A stretch of DNA of 64,000 bases, from positions 32,001 through 96,000 of the forward strand of contig CAVZJB010000008.1 in the NCBI GenBank assembly GCA_963775425.1, given 5' to 3'. Shown here piece after piece: positions 9,040 through 18,511 of the stretch. The notes under the pieces were generated by a model, which was given only the letters and a program-made list of their open reading frames with translations, was not told where the DNA came from and searched no databases. Position 1 is the first letter of the stretch. Each line of letters begins with the position of its first letter. This DNA comes from an uncultured delta proteobacterium. Its GTDB lineage: Bacteria; Myxococcota; UBA727; VGSZ01. Made by a program: the position numbers and the translations under genes.

Positions 9040-10358
9040 GGGTGCTCATCGTCGACGACGATCCCGGCCTGCGGCTCGCGCTCTCCAAGGCGCTCACCCG
9101 CAAGGGCGTCGACGTCATCGATCTGTCCGGCGGCGAGCCCGCGCTCGACGCGCTCAAGACCGGCGTCGCCCGCGCCGGCCGCGTCGACGTCTGCGTGCTC
9201 GATCTCAAGATGCCCGGCATGGGCGGCCTCGAGGTCCTGCGCCGCACCCCGCACCGAAGGGTCCCGGTCGTCGTGCTCACCGGGCACGGCACGGTGCCCG
9301 ACGCCGTCGAGGCCATGCGGCTCGGCGCCCAGAACTTCCTGCAGAAGCCCATCGACGCCGACATCCTGCTCCCCGTCCTGCACCAGATGCTGAAGGACGA
9401 GCCGGCGTCGGTGTCCACCACCCTCCTCGGCGCCTCCGACGCCATGCTCTCCTTCCTCGAGAAGCTCGACCGCGCGGCGCAGTCCGAGGAGCCCGTGCTC
9501 CTCGTCGGCGAGCCCGGCACCGGCAAGGAGCTGTGCGCCCGCCGCATCCACGAGGGCAGCGCGCGCAAGCGGGGCTCCTTGATGGCGCTCAGCTCGGCGG
9601 CGATGCCGAAGGAGATGGTCGAAAGCGAGCTGTTCGGCCAGCGCCGCGGCGCCTCGGCCTCGTGGACAAACGGTGGCGGCGACACCCGCGACGGCCTGTG
9701 CGCCAAGGCCGCCGACGGCACCCTCTTCATCGACGAGATCGGCGATCTGCCGCCCGACGTGCAAGGCAAGCTCCTGCGCGCGCTCGAGGACAAGCGCTTT
9801 CGCCCCGTGGGCTCCGACGTGGAAAAGCCGTTCCGCGCGCGCCTCGTCGCCGCCACGCAGAAGGACCTCAAGGGCGCCGACGGCGTCCGCGGCGACCTCT
9901 TCTATCGCCTCGGCGTCATCCCGCTGTCGGTGCCGCCCCTGCGCGAGCGCGGCGACGACATCGTGCTCATCGCGCGCGCCTGCCTCGGGCGCAGCACGGA
10001 CCGGCAGATGTCGCTGACGCCGGAGGCCGAGGACCGCCTGCGCGACTACGCCTTCCCCGGCAACGTGCGCGAGCTCGTGAACCTCATGAAGCGGGCGGCG
10101 CTGTTCGCCCCCGAGGAGGTCGTCGACGTCGGGCTCATCGACGAGCTCCTCGCGGAGTCACCCTACGGCCAGGGCGCCGCCGCCCCCGTCGACCCCGGGC
10201 CGCGCGCGGGCCAGCGCGTGACGCTCGAGGAGCTCGAAAAGACGCACATCCGCCGGCTCCTCGACGAGCTGAAGAACGTCTCGGAGGTGGCCCGCATCGT
10301 CGGCATCGACCGCCGCACGCTGCAGCGAAAGATGGCCGCGTGGGGCTTTCGCGATTAG
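9036..10358 (+). CDS. REC-AAA+-HTH response regulator (NtrC-family architecture, GAFTGA absent)
   Basis: Receiver (VDDD, DLKMP), Walker A GEPGTGKE, Walker B FIDEIGD, FPGNVREL, Fis-type HTH. ATGA overlap with the kinase. Confidence 0.9.
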   Translation: MRVLIVDDDPGLRLALSKALTRKGVDVIDLSGGEPALDALKTGVARAGRVDVCVLDLKMPGMGGLEVLRRTPHRRVPVVVLTGHGTVPDAVEAMRLGAQNFLQKPIDADILLPVLHQMLKDEPASVSTTLLGASDAMLSFLEKLDRAAQSEEPVLLVGEPGTGKELCARRIHEGSARKRGSLMALSSAAMPKEMVESELFGQRRGASASWTNGGGDTRDGLCAKAADGTLFIDEIGDLPPDVQGKLLRALEDKRFRPVGSDVEKPFRARLVAATQKDLKGADGVRGDLFYRLGVIPLSVPPLRERGDDIVLIARACLGRSTDRQMSLTPEAEDRLRDYAFPGNVRELVNLMKRAALFAPEEVVDVGLIDELLAESPYGQGAAAPVDPGPRAGQRVTLEELEKTHIRRLLDELKNVSEVARIVGIDRRTLQRKMAAWGFRD

Positions 10359-10536
10359 GGCGCAACCCGCAGGTGTAGGTGCCGATGCCACAGGCAGGGG
10401 ACGGCGCGGCGGATCGAGACGCGATCGGACGGACGCGGCGGCGCGCAACAGGCGTACTTCCGCCACGCCGCCGGGGCTGAACGACAGAAGCGGCCGGCGG
10501 TGGTGGGCGCACACGGAGGTTCGCTAGCCTCTCGGT

Positions 10537-11676
10537 GTGCGCGCCGTCCTTTACTTCGGGTTCGCCGCCGTCGCCCTCGCGCCGGTGCGCGCGGGCGCGC
10601 CGAGCCACGCGGACGGGCCGGTGTGCAAGGTCGGCGAGAAGCTGCCCCCGTTGGTGCGGCGCGACCTCGTCGCGGGCGCGGGCGGCGCCGGGCGCGCCTG
10701 GGTAAGGGCGGTGCGCGACCTCGCCGAGGACCGCCTCGACGTCGACGCGCTGCCGCCCACCACGCCGATCACGGTGTGGACCGTCGGCGGCGACGTCGTC
10801 GCCTTCGAGATCGCGGACCGCTTCGCCGCCCCGGCGCAAGCGTCCGGCGGCGGCCTGCGCTGGAGCTTCGACGACGGCAGCACGCTCGACGGCCCGTTCC
10901 TCGCGCGGCCGGTGCGCTACATGGCGGTGGCCTCGCGCATCGGCGTCCGCCAGCACCCGATCACCCGGCGCATCCGCTTCCACGCCGGCACCGACTACGC
11001 CGCGCCCGTCGGGACGCCGGTGCACGCCGCCGGCGACGGCGTCGTCACCAAGTGGATGCGGAGCTGGACCGGCGGGCGCATCCTCATCATCAAGCACGAC
11101 GACGGCTACGAGACCAAGTACATGCACTTGAGCGCCCGGGCCGACGGCATCGACGAGGGCGTGCGCGTCCACGAGGGACAGCTCATCGCCTACGTCGGCA
11201 GGACCGGCCGCGTCACGGGCCCGCACCTGCACTTCGAGATCCGCGACCCGTGGCGCACGCCGCTCGACTCCGTCGTCGCGCGCTGGCCCGGCGCCGCCCG
11301 CGTCGGCGACGCCGCTCTCGAGGCGCTGCGCCTGCGCCGCGACCTCCTGCACACGTTTCTGGCGAACGGCGAGCGCGACCTCGACGACCCGCTGACGTCG
11401 CCGCCCTCCGCCGTGGACGACGCTCCGCCGGTGGACGACGACGGCGCCGGCGTCGTCCTGCCCTTCGCCCCCGTGCGCACGGCCGAGCGCCGCGCCCGGG
11501 GCCCGCGGCGCCGGCGGGTGCGCACCACGCACCCCGTCTTCGACGAGATCGACGTCACCGCGCGCGACACGCTCGCCCGCCGCGCCATCCAGCTCGCCGC
11601 CGAATTCCCCGACGACCCGATGCCTCGCCTCGGACAGCCGCCCGCTGCTGCGGCTCCGCGCGCCGAGGCGGTGTAG
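10537..11676 (+). CDS. M23 family metallopeptidase
   Basis: HAGTD (HxxxD), YMHL and TGPHLHFE motifs. Confidence 0.88.
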   Translation: MRAVLYFGFAAVALAPVRAGAPSHADGPVCKVGEKLPPLVRRDLVAGAGGAGRAWVRAVRDLAEDRLDVDALPPTTPITVWTVGGDVVAFEIADRFAAPAQASGGGLRWSFDDGSTLDGPFLARPVRYMAVASRIGVRQHPITRRIRFHAGTDYAAPVGTPVHAAGDGVVTKWMRSWTGGRILIIKHDDGYETKYMHLSARADGIDEGVRVHEGQLIAYVGRTGRVTGPHLHFEIRDPWRTPLDSVVARWPGAARVGDAALEALRLRRDLLHTFLANGERDLDDPLTSPPSAVDDAPPVDDDGAGVVLPFAPVRTAERRARGPRRRRVRTTHPVFDEIDVTARDTLARRAIQLAAEFPDDPMPRLGQPPAAAAPRAEAV

Positions 11677-11685
11677 ATTCGCCGC

Positions 11686-12042
11686 GTGACGACCAAGTCG
11701 ACGAGCGGTGAGCAAGAGAGGCGCGCGTACAAGCGCGTGCAGGCCCCGGTGTACTGCCGCCCTGCGGGGCTGGCGCTGCGCTTCCTCCAGCAAAAGCAGA
11801 AGCCGCTCGACATCTCGCTCGGCGGCATGCGCATCTACAGCGACGAGCCCGTCAAGAAGGGCACCCGCCTCGAGCTCGAGTTGTTCTTGCCCGACAACAG
11901 CAGCGTCACCTGCAAGGTCGAGGCGGTCTGGATCGTGGTGCTCCCCCCCGGCTCGCCCGCCAAGCACGACGTTGGCCTCAAGTTCATCGACATCAAGCCC
12001 GAGGACCGGGATCGCCTGGGCGCCGTGCTCGAAGACGTCTGA
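11686..12042 (+). CDS. PilZ domain protein
   Basis: ERRAYKR (RxxxR) and DISLGG (DxSxxG), VGLKF. Confidence 0.88.
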   Translation: MTTKSTSGEQERRAYKRVQAPVYCRPAGLALRFLQQKQKPLDISLGGMRIYSDEPVKKGTRLELELFLPDNSSVTCKVEAVWIVVLPPGSPAKHDVGLKFIDIKPEDRDRLGAVLEDV

Positions 12043-12082
12043 CGTCGGAAATCACCCGTAGGGCGGGGGCTGTCCGTCGTCG

Positions 12083-13057
12083 TCAGCGCCAGGGCAGCGC
12101 GTTGACGTCGTCGATGTCCTTGGCGCCGGTGAGGAACATCAGCAGGCGGTCGAAGCCGAGCGCGCAGCCGGCGGCGCGCGGCATCTCGTCGAGCGCCGCG
12201 AGGAAGTCCTCGTCGAGCGGGAGCGCGGGCTTGCCGAGCGCCTCGCGCGCCTCGTTGTCGGCGACGAAGCGGGCGCGCTGCTCGGCGGCGTCGGTGAGCT
12301 CGTCGAAGGCGTTCGAGAGCTCGAGGCCGCCGGCGTAGACCTCGAAGCGCGAGGCGTAGCGGGCGTCGTCGTCGCAGGTGCGCGCGAGCACCGCCATGGA
12401 CGCGGGCCAGCGCTGCACGACCATGGGCCTGCCGCGGCCGATGTTCGGCTCCACGCGCTCGCCCATCACGGCGAAGAACGCGTCCTCGAAGTCGGCCCCG
12501 TGCCGCAGGACGAGGCCGGCGGCGCGGGCGCGGGCGACGAGGTCGCCGTCGCTGCCGGGGGCTGCGTCGAGCGCGGCGTCGAGGTCGATGCCGGCGTGCT
12601 CCTCGAAGAGGTCGGCGACGTCGGCGCGCGCGAAGGGCACGGCCGGCGCCTCCACCTCAAGCGCCTCCGCCACCGCGGCGAACAGCTCCTCGTGGTCGGC
12701 GATGATCTCCTCGAGCGTTTGCTTGGCCCGGTACCACTCGAGGAGCGCGAACTCCGGCAGGTGCAGCGCCGTGCGCTCCCCGTCGCGAAAGACGTGCGAG
12801 AGCTGGAAGATGCGCTCGGCGCCGGCCGCCAGGAGCCGCTTCATGGACAGCTCCGGCGAGGTGATGAGCCAGCGCCGCTCGGCCTTGCCCTCGAACGTGG
12901 TGCGCACGTCGACGGCGATGGGGTCGATGTGCGGCTCCAGGCCCGGCCCCGGCACGAGCAGCGGCGTGTCCACCTCGAGGAAGCCGCGCGCCCGCAGGAA
13001 GGAGCGCACCGCCCAGGCGGCGTCGTGACGTCGACGCAACTGATCCACCGTGCCCAT
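12083..13057 (-). CDS. epmA: EF-P lysine aminoacylase (GenX/PoxA)
   Basis: FLEVDTP, TSPELSMKRLL, FRDGE, HLPEF, RFEVY, ELSNAFDEL and GCALGFDRL: LysRS catalytic domain only. Confidence 0.92.
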   Translation of the reverse strand: MGTVDQLRRRHDAAWAVRSFLRARGFLEVDTPLLVPGPGLEPHIDPIAVDVRTTFEGKAERRWLITSPELSMKRLLAAGAERIFQLSHVFRDGERTALHLPEFALLEWYRAKQTLEEIIADHEELFAAVAEALEVEAPAVPFARADVADLFEEHAGIDLDAALDAAPGSDGDLVARARAAGLVLRHGADFEDAFFAVMGERVEPNIGRGRPMVVQRWPASMAVLARTCDDDARYASRFEVYAGGLELSNAFDELTDAAEQRARFVADNEAREALGKPALPLDEDFLAALDEMPRAAGCALGFDRLLMFLTGAKDIDDVNALPWR

Positions 13058-13087
13058 GACGACGCACTCATGCCATGCTGCGCCGCC

Positions 13088-14749
13088 ATGCAGAAGCCCG
13101 CCTCATTCCCCTCGCGCGTCTCCCTTGCGGCCTCCGCGCTCGCCCTCGCCGCCCTGCTGGCGGCGCCGGCGGCGCACGCGGCCGCGTACTACGTCGGCGA
13201 GATCGGCGCCCGCAGCATCGCCCGCGGCGGCGCCAACCTCGTCGCCCCCGCCGACCCCACGGCGGCGTGGCTGAACCCGGCGGCGCTGTCGCTCGCCAAG
13301 GGCGTACAGCTCACCGTCGACCTCAACCTCGTCTTCCTCGAGTCCTCCTTCACCCGCGACTGCGGCGGCAAGCCAAACGGCTGCGCACCGCCCGCCGACC
13401 TGCACCGCACCTACACCGGCACAGACGGCAGCAAGCACGTCTACGACGTCCACGCCAACCGCCCGGCTCCCGACGCGGACACGAACGAGCCCGGGCCCGC
13501 CGACGTCAACGCCCTCGGCAACTTCGACACCCCCTCGCGCTTCGACGGCAAGACCGCGGTGTCGAACCGCGCGCTGGTGCAGCCGGTGCCGCGCATCATG
13601 CTGTCCATCAACGGCGACACCTTCGGCGTCGACGGCGTCGCCCTCGGCGCCTACGTGTTCGCGCCCAGCAACGGCGACTACGACTTCGGCACGGACACGC
13701 CCACGCGCTACACGCTCATCGATCGCGACCTGCTCGAGGTCTACTACGGGCTCGCGCTCGCCTATCGCTACGGCGACGTCATCGGCGTCGGCGCCGGCCT
13801 GCAGTTCGTCACCGCGGGCGTCAACCAGCGGGTGGCGCTGAGCGCCGACCAGTACAGCAACGAGGACCCCGACTACGACCTGCGCATCAAGGTCGACGTG
13901 CGCCAGGACTTCATCCCCTCGGGCAACTTCGGCGTCTGGACCAACCCGGGCAAGCTCCTCGGCATCGGCGACCTCATGCTCGCGGGCTCGGTGCAGCTCG
14001 GCCGCACCGTGAAGGCCACGGGGCCGGTGTCCATCGACGCCATCGGCAAGCGCTTCCAGGCCGAGTTCATCGACACCAACCTCATCACCCTCGACGTGGC
14101 CAAGGACGCCACCGCCACCACCGAGTTTCAGCTCGCGCCGTTTTATCGGGTGGGCGCCCAGTACGGCCTCGACCTCGGCGGCGGCACCTCGTTCAACGTC
14201 GAGGGCGACTTCGTCTACGAGCAGTGGTCGGTCTACGACCACGTCTTCCTCGCCACCAAGGGCGTCACCGTCGACACCAACCCCAACGACGCCGTCCCCG
14301 CCAAGGAGCTCGACCCCGTGGTGCAGCCCAAGGACTGGGTCGACGCGTGGAGCGCGCGCTTCGGCGGCACCCTCGGCCTGTTCGACAAGATGCTCGAGCT
14401 GCACGCCGGGGGCTTCTACGAGACCAGCGGCATCCCCAACGCGACCTACTCCGTCGAGCTCGCCGACGGCGACAAGGTGGGCGTGGGCGCCGGCGTCTCC
14501 GGCACGATGTTCGGCGCGCGCGTCGACGTCGGCTACAGCCACGTCTTCATCTTCGACCGCACCGTCGGCAACGAGAGCATCGTCTACAACGGCACCGCAG
14601 GCCCCTCCATCCTCATGGGCGGCGCCGACACCGAGACGCGCGTCGCGATGGGCAAGTACAGCGCCGGCTTCGACATGGTGAACGTCGGCGTCACGGTCGC
14701 GTTCGACGAGATGTTCGGCTTCGGCGCCCACGCGGGTGGGAGAGGGTGA
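13088..14749 (+). CDS. FadL/TodX-like outer membrane beta-barrel transporter
   Basis: Signal peptide, GARSIARGGA..A.DPTAAWLNPAAL hatch motif, WVDAWSARFGG and amphipathic strands. Confidence 0.82.
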   Translation: MQKPASFPSRVSLAASALALAALLAAPAAHAAAYYVGEIGARSIARGGANLVAPADPTAAWLNPAALSLAKGVQLTVDLNLVFLESSFTRDCGGKPNGCAPPADLHRTYTGTDGSKHVYDVHANRPAPDADTNEPGPADVNALGNFDTPSRFDGKTAVSNRALVQPVPRIMLSINGDTFGVDGVALGAYVFAPSNGDYDFGTDTPTRYTLIDRDLLEVYYGLALAYRYGDVIGVGAGLQFVTAGVNQRVALSADQYSNEDPDYDLRIKVDVRQDFIPSGNFGVWTNPGKLLGIGDLMLAGSVQLGRTVKATGPVSIDAIGKRFQAEFIDTNLITLDVAKDATATTEFQLAPFYRVGAQYGLDLGGGTSFNVEGDFVYEQWSVYDHVFLATKGVTVDTNPNDAVPAKELDPVVQPKDWVDAWSARFGGTLGLFDKMLELHAGGFYETSGIPNATYSVELADGDKVGVGAGVSGTMFGARVDVGYSHVFIFDRTVGNESIVYNGTAGPSILMGGADTETRVAMGKYSAGFDMVNVGVTVAFDEMFGFGAHAGGRG

Positions 14750-15416
14750 CGCTGCCGGCGCAGCAGCCGTCGCGCGCGTTGCCAGGTGCGCCGCGTCGCT
14801 GTCCCCCCGGGGCAGGGAGAGCGTGACGTCGGGCGCGAGATCGGCACCACGGCGTCGTCGAGCGTGTCGATCACGCGCACGACGCCGCCTCCGTCGAGGG
14901 TGGCCGCGACGGCGACGCGCGCGCCGTCGGCGGTGGCGGCGACGTCGCGGACCGCGGTGAGATCGGCGCCGATGGCGTCGACGCGCGGCGCCGCGAAAAC
15001 GCGAGGCCGCCGCCGCTGACGTCGTCGCTGAGGGCGGAGAGACGCCGAGGGGAAGCCGCCGTCGGCGACGCACGCGAGCGGCTTGAGCACGCGCACGGTG
15101 AGCTCGCCGCCGTCGTCGAGCGCGACGCCATGGGCCTCGCCGCGTCCGATGACGTCGCCGTCCGCCGACAGCACGGCGACGACGCTCACGCGAGCGCCGA
15201 AGGGGACGGCGTCGAGGACGGGGACGCCCTGAGCGAGCTCGAAGTCGCCCGCGGCGCGGCGGGTGTCGTCGTCGTCATCGCTCACCTCGAGGTGCAGGCT
15301 CCCTCCTTGCGCGCGCGGATCGGCGAACGGATCGAGCGCCGCCACCGACGGCGCCTCGAGCACGATGCGCACCCCGCCGAGCGCGGGCGGCGGCGGCGGC
15401 GCGTCGACGTCGTCAC
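14746..15416 (-). pseudogene. Frameshifted, truncated exported-protein gene remnant
   Basis: Protein-like sequence (DDVDAPPPPPALGGVRIVLE...VRDVAATADGARV) switches frame near 15050, 14990 and 14845, has no in-frame start, and collides with the convergent FadL-like gene. Confidence 0.45.
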
Positions 15417-16186
15417 GGCACGACCACGGTGGCGCTGCCGGACCGGGCCGCGGGCGGGGGCGGCGCGCGCTCCTGCGGGGCCGTCCCCACGAGCCACGCG
15501 GTGACGCCGCCGGCCACGGCGCCCACGACGACGGCGGCGCCCGCGCTGCCCCCGATGATCCACCAGCGCAGGTCCGCGCCGCGGTCGTCGCCGGCCGCGC
15601 CGGCGTCCGCGTCGGCCGCGGTCGTCGCGGGGGCGGCGACCCGCGGCGCGGCCTGCTCGTCGGGCGCGGGCGCTTGCGCGCGCGCGGTGAGCGCGTCGGG
15701 GGGCCCGTCGGGGGGCCCGTCGGGGGGCGCTGGCGCCAACCGCGCGAAGACGTCGTCGACGAGCTGCTTGGCGCGCGTGGCGGCGTCCTTGCCGCGGGGC
15801 AGGATCTCGGTGGCGCGGCCGGCGCCGCCGGGGCGGCTGGCGTCGACGAGGGTGAGCACCACGGCGAACGAACCGTCGGGGCGCGGCGCCGCCACCGGGA
15901 TGAGCACGAGCTCGACCTCGTCGAGCACGGCGAGCTTCCGGACGCAGGGCAGATCGCCCACCGTGCACTGCACCCCCGCGGCGCGCGCCGCCGCGAGCGC
16001 CGCGCGCGTCTGCTCCTTGGGTTGCACGGCGACGTCCTCGCGCTGCGCGGCCACCGCCGCGCGCAGGCCGTCGTCGACGACGCTCAGGTTCTCGAGCTGC
16101 GCGAGCGACACGTGCACGCCGGTCACGGGGAGCACCGCGAGCGGCCGTGCGCTGACGACGGCGAGCGCGAGGAAGAGGGCGTTCAT
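15413..16186 (-). CDS. Hypothetical exported protein with C-terminal membrane anchor
   Basis: ATG 16186, signal-like N-terminus, LAVLP and CxxxxxxC motif, Pro/Ala linker, WWIIGG TM segment. Confidence 0.7.
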   Translation of the reverse strand: MNALFLALAVVSARPLAVLPVTGVHVSLAQLENLSVVDDGLRAAVAAQREDVAVQPKEQTRAALAAARAAGVQCTVGDLPCVRKLAVLDEVELVLIPVAAPRPDGSFAVVLTLVDASRPGGAGRATEILPRGKDAATRAKQLVDDVFARLAPAPPDGPPDGPPDALTARAQAPAPDEQAAPRVAAPATTAADADAGAAGDDRGADLRWWIIGGSAGAAVVVGAVAGGVTAWLVGTAPQERAPPPPAARSGSATVVVP

Positions 16187-16308
16187 CGGAGCGGAATCAT
16201 ACATCGACGCGCAGTGGCGCCGATGTGCCCCTGTCTCGACGACGAGCAACACGGGCCGAAGATTTTCGCGCGGCGACGGAGCTCGACTACCGTACGAGCA
16301 GGAGGTCG

Positions 16309-16440
16309 ATGATGTCGTTGCTTACCCTCTTTGCAGAGTTCCTCATCGGTACTTTCAACTTCCCGATCTTCCGCGACTGGATCGGCGACCGCGCCCAGCA
16401 GATCGACACCTGCGCCGGCGGCAGCTGCGTCGAGCGCTGA
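16309..16440 (+). CDS. Small protein, 43 aa (MMSLLTLFAEF...CAGGSCVER)
   Basis: Strong AGGAGG RBS just upstream of tandem ATGs; mostly C/G third positions. Confidence 0.5.
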   Translation: MMSLLTLFAEFLIGTFNFPIFRDWIGDRAQQIDTCAGGSCVER

Positions 16441-16468
16441 GCCCGCTGAGCGTCGGGCGCTCCCGAAA

Positions 16469-16501
16469 CGACACGCGCCTCCGAAGGGGAGGCGCGTGTC
16501 G
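16469..16501. terminator. 14-bp perfect hairpin between the small ORF and the tRNA-Ile 3' end
   Basis: CGACACGCGCCTCC / GGAGGCGCGTGTCG inverted repeat between convergent transcripts. Confidence 0.65.
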
Positions 16502-16516
16502 CGGGATCTTTCGGGT

Positions 16517-16593
<77 letters not shown>

Positions 16594-16604
16594 CCGGCCC
16601 TCCC

Positions 16605-16633
16605 CACGTAGCCAGACCCGCGCGTGTTTGCAA
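16605..16633 (-). promoter_or_regulatory. Putative sigma70 promoter of tRNA-Ile
   Basis: TTGCAA-17 nt-TACGTG ending 11 nt upstream of the tRNA 5' end. Confidence 0.45.
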
Positions 16634-16643
16634 CGCTGTTTGC

Positions 16644-17240
16644 GTGCGGCTGATGGTCTACGACGCCACGTGGGTCGGGCGCGCCTCGCAGGTGGGCCTC
16701 ACCTCCTCGTGGATCGCCGGCGGCGCGCTGTATCGCGCGCTCGGCCGGCTCGATCACGTCTACGGCGCCCGGTCGTGGGAGGACGCGCTCGCGTGGCTGT
16801 GCTCCGTGGAGCCCTCGCGGCCGATCTCCGAGGTGCAGTACTGGGGGCACGGGCGCTTTGGCCGCGCGCTCATCGCCAGGGACGTCCTCGACAAGCGCGC
16901 CCTGGACGACCCCGCGCACCCCCGCCACGACGACCTCGCCGCGCTGCGCGACCGGCTCACCGGCGACGCGCTCGTGTGGTTCCGGACCTGCGAGACCTTC
17001 GGCCGCCCGGAGGGCCACGCCTTCGCCGCCGCCTGGACGCGCTTCTTCGAGCGCCGCGCCGCCGGCCACACCTACGTGATCGGCCCCTTTCAAAGCGGGC
17101 TCCACTCGCTGTCGCCGGGCCAGGCGCCGTCGTGGTCCGTCGACGAAGGCGTCGGCGAAGACGGCAAGGCGCTGATGTCCTCGCCCGGCGCGCCCCACAC
17201 CATCACCTGCCTCCACGGCGCCGTGCCCGCCGGGTGGTGA
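16644..17240 (+). CDS. Hypothetical protein with an HG...C dyad pattern (DUF4347/caspase-fold-like)
   Basis: QYWGHG followed by VWFRTCETF; good codon usage. Confidence 0.65.
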   Translation: MRLMVYDATWVGRASQVGLTSSWIAGGALYRALGRLDHVYGARSWEDALAWLCSVEPSRPISEVQYWGHGRFGRALIARDVLDKRALDDPAHPRHDDLAALRDRLTGDALVWFRTCETFGRPEGHAFAAAWTRFFERRAAGHTYVIGPFQSGLHSLSPGQAPSWSVDEGVGEDGKALMSSPGAPHTITCLHGAVPAGW

Positions 17241-17253
17241 TACAAGCGACGCC

Positions 17254-18471
17254 GTGACGAGCGCTCATCAGGTCCTCGAGGAGCACCTGCAAAACGGCAG
17301 GCTCGACCCCGCCGAGGCCATGGCGCGTCACATGCTCGAGGCCGACACCGAAGATCCGCTCGCGCACGTGGCGTGGGCGCGCATCTCGGCGATGCGCGGC
17401 CACCTCGACGACGGCATCAAGCGGCTCGAGCGCCTCCTCGCCGGAAACCCCAAGCAGCCGGACGCGCTCGCGTGGCTGGCGGTGCTCTGGAACGACAAGG
17501 GCGACACCGAGCGCGCGCTGCTCCTCGCCCGCCGCGCGGTCTCCCTCGGCGCGCGCGTGCCGCAAAACGACGTCATGCTCGGCGACGACGCGCTCTCCCG
17601 CGGCGTCGTCGACGAGGCGGTGCGCTACTACGACCGCGCCGCCGCGCAGGCGCCCAGGCTCGCGCCGGCGTGGATCGGGCGCGGGCGCGTGATGCGCAGC
17701 CAGGGGCAGCTCGCCGACGCCGAGGACGCCTTCGCCCGCGCCGTCGAGGTCGCGCCGCTGCGCGTGGACGCGTGGGTGAACCTCATCGAGGTGGAGCTCG
17801 AGGGCGGCGCCGACGACGCCGCCGCGGACAACCTCGCCCTCGCGCTCAAGGCGCACCCGGGCAACCGCGAGCTGCTCGCGCTCAAGGCCAACGAGGAGAA
17901 GAAGAAGGCCGACACCTACGACCCGGTCGAGGCGGCGCTCAAGGACATCCGCGACAAGATCTACCGGGGCGACACCGAGGCCGCGCTGCGCACGCTCTAT
18001 GCCGTCATCGACGAGCACCCCGGCGATCCGCGCACCTACGTCGCCGAGGCCGAGATCGCCGCGGTGGCGGGCCAGGGAGACATTCCGGCGCTGATCAACG
18101 CCCTCACGCGCATGGTGCGCGATCGGCCCACGGCGTGGGAGCCGCGCGCGGCGCTCGGCCGGCTCATGCTCCGGCCCGGCCCGATGCAGAACGTGCGCAT
18201 GGGCCTCGCCCACTGCGAGGAGGCCTGGCGCACCTCGGGCGAGCACCCGCGCGCGGGGCTGTTCCTGTTCGAGGCCTTCGCCGTCGTCGACAAGCGCGCC
18301 CTGGCGCTGGCGCTCGGGCAGAAGCTCTCCAAGGGCGAGGGGCCCGAGGCGGAGGTGGTGCGCCAGCTCCTCGGCGAGGTGCACCCGCCGGTGCCCCACA
18401 AGCCCTTCAGCAAGCCCCCGCGGCCCGAGTTCCTCGAGGGCGGCGACGACGACGACGGAAGCGGCGCCTGA
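17254..18471 (+). CDS. Tetratricopeptide repeat protein
   Basis: Multiple TPR consensus units, e.g. AWIGRGRVMRSQGQLADAEDAFARAVEVAP. Confidence 0.88.
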   Translation: MTSAHQVLEEHLQNGRLDPAEAMARHMLEADTEDPLAHVAWARISAMRGHLDDGIKRLERLLAGNPKQPDALAWLAVLWNDKGDTERALLLARRAVSLGARVPQNDVMLGDDALSRGVVDEAVRYYDRAAAQAPRLAPAWIGRGRVMRSQGQLADAEDAFARAVEVAPLRVDAWVNLIEVELEGGADDAAADNLALALKAHPGNRELLALKANEEKKKADTYDPVEAALKDIRDKIYRGDTEAALRTLYAVIDEHPGDPRTYVAEAEIAAVAGQGDIPALINALTRMVRDRPTAWEPRAALGRLMLRPGPMQNVRMGLAHCEEAWRTSGEHPRAGLFLFEAFAVVDKRALALALGQKLSKGEGPEAEVVRQLLGEVHPPVPHKPFSKPPRPEFLEGGDDDDGSGA

Positions 18472-18511
18472 GCGACACACGCGGCGAGCGTGATAGGTTC
18501 GCCAGGCCGCC

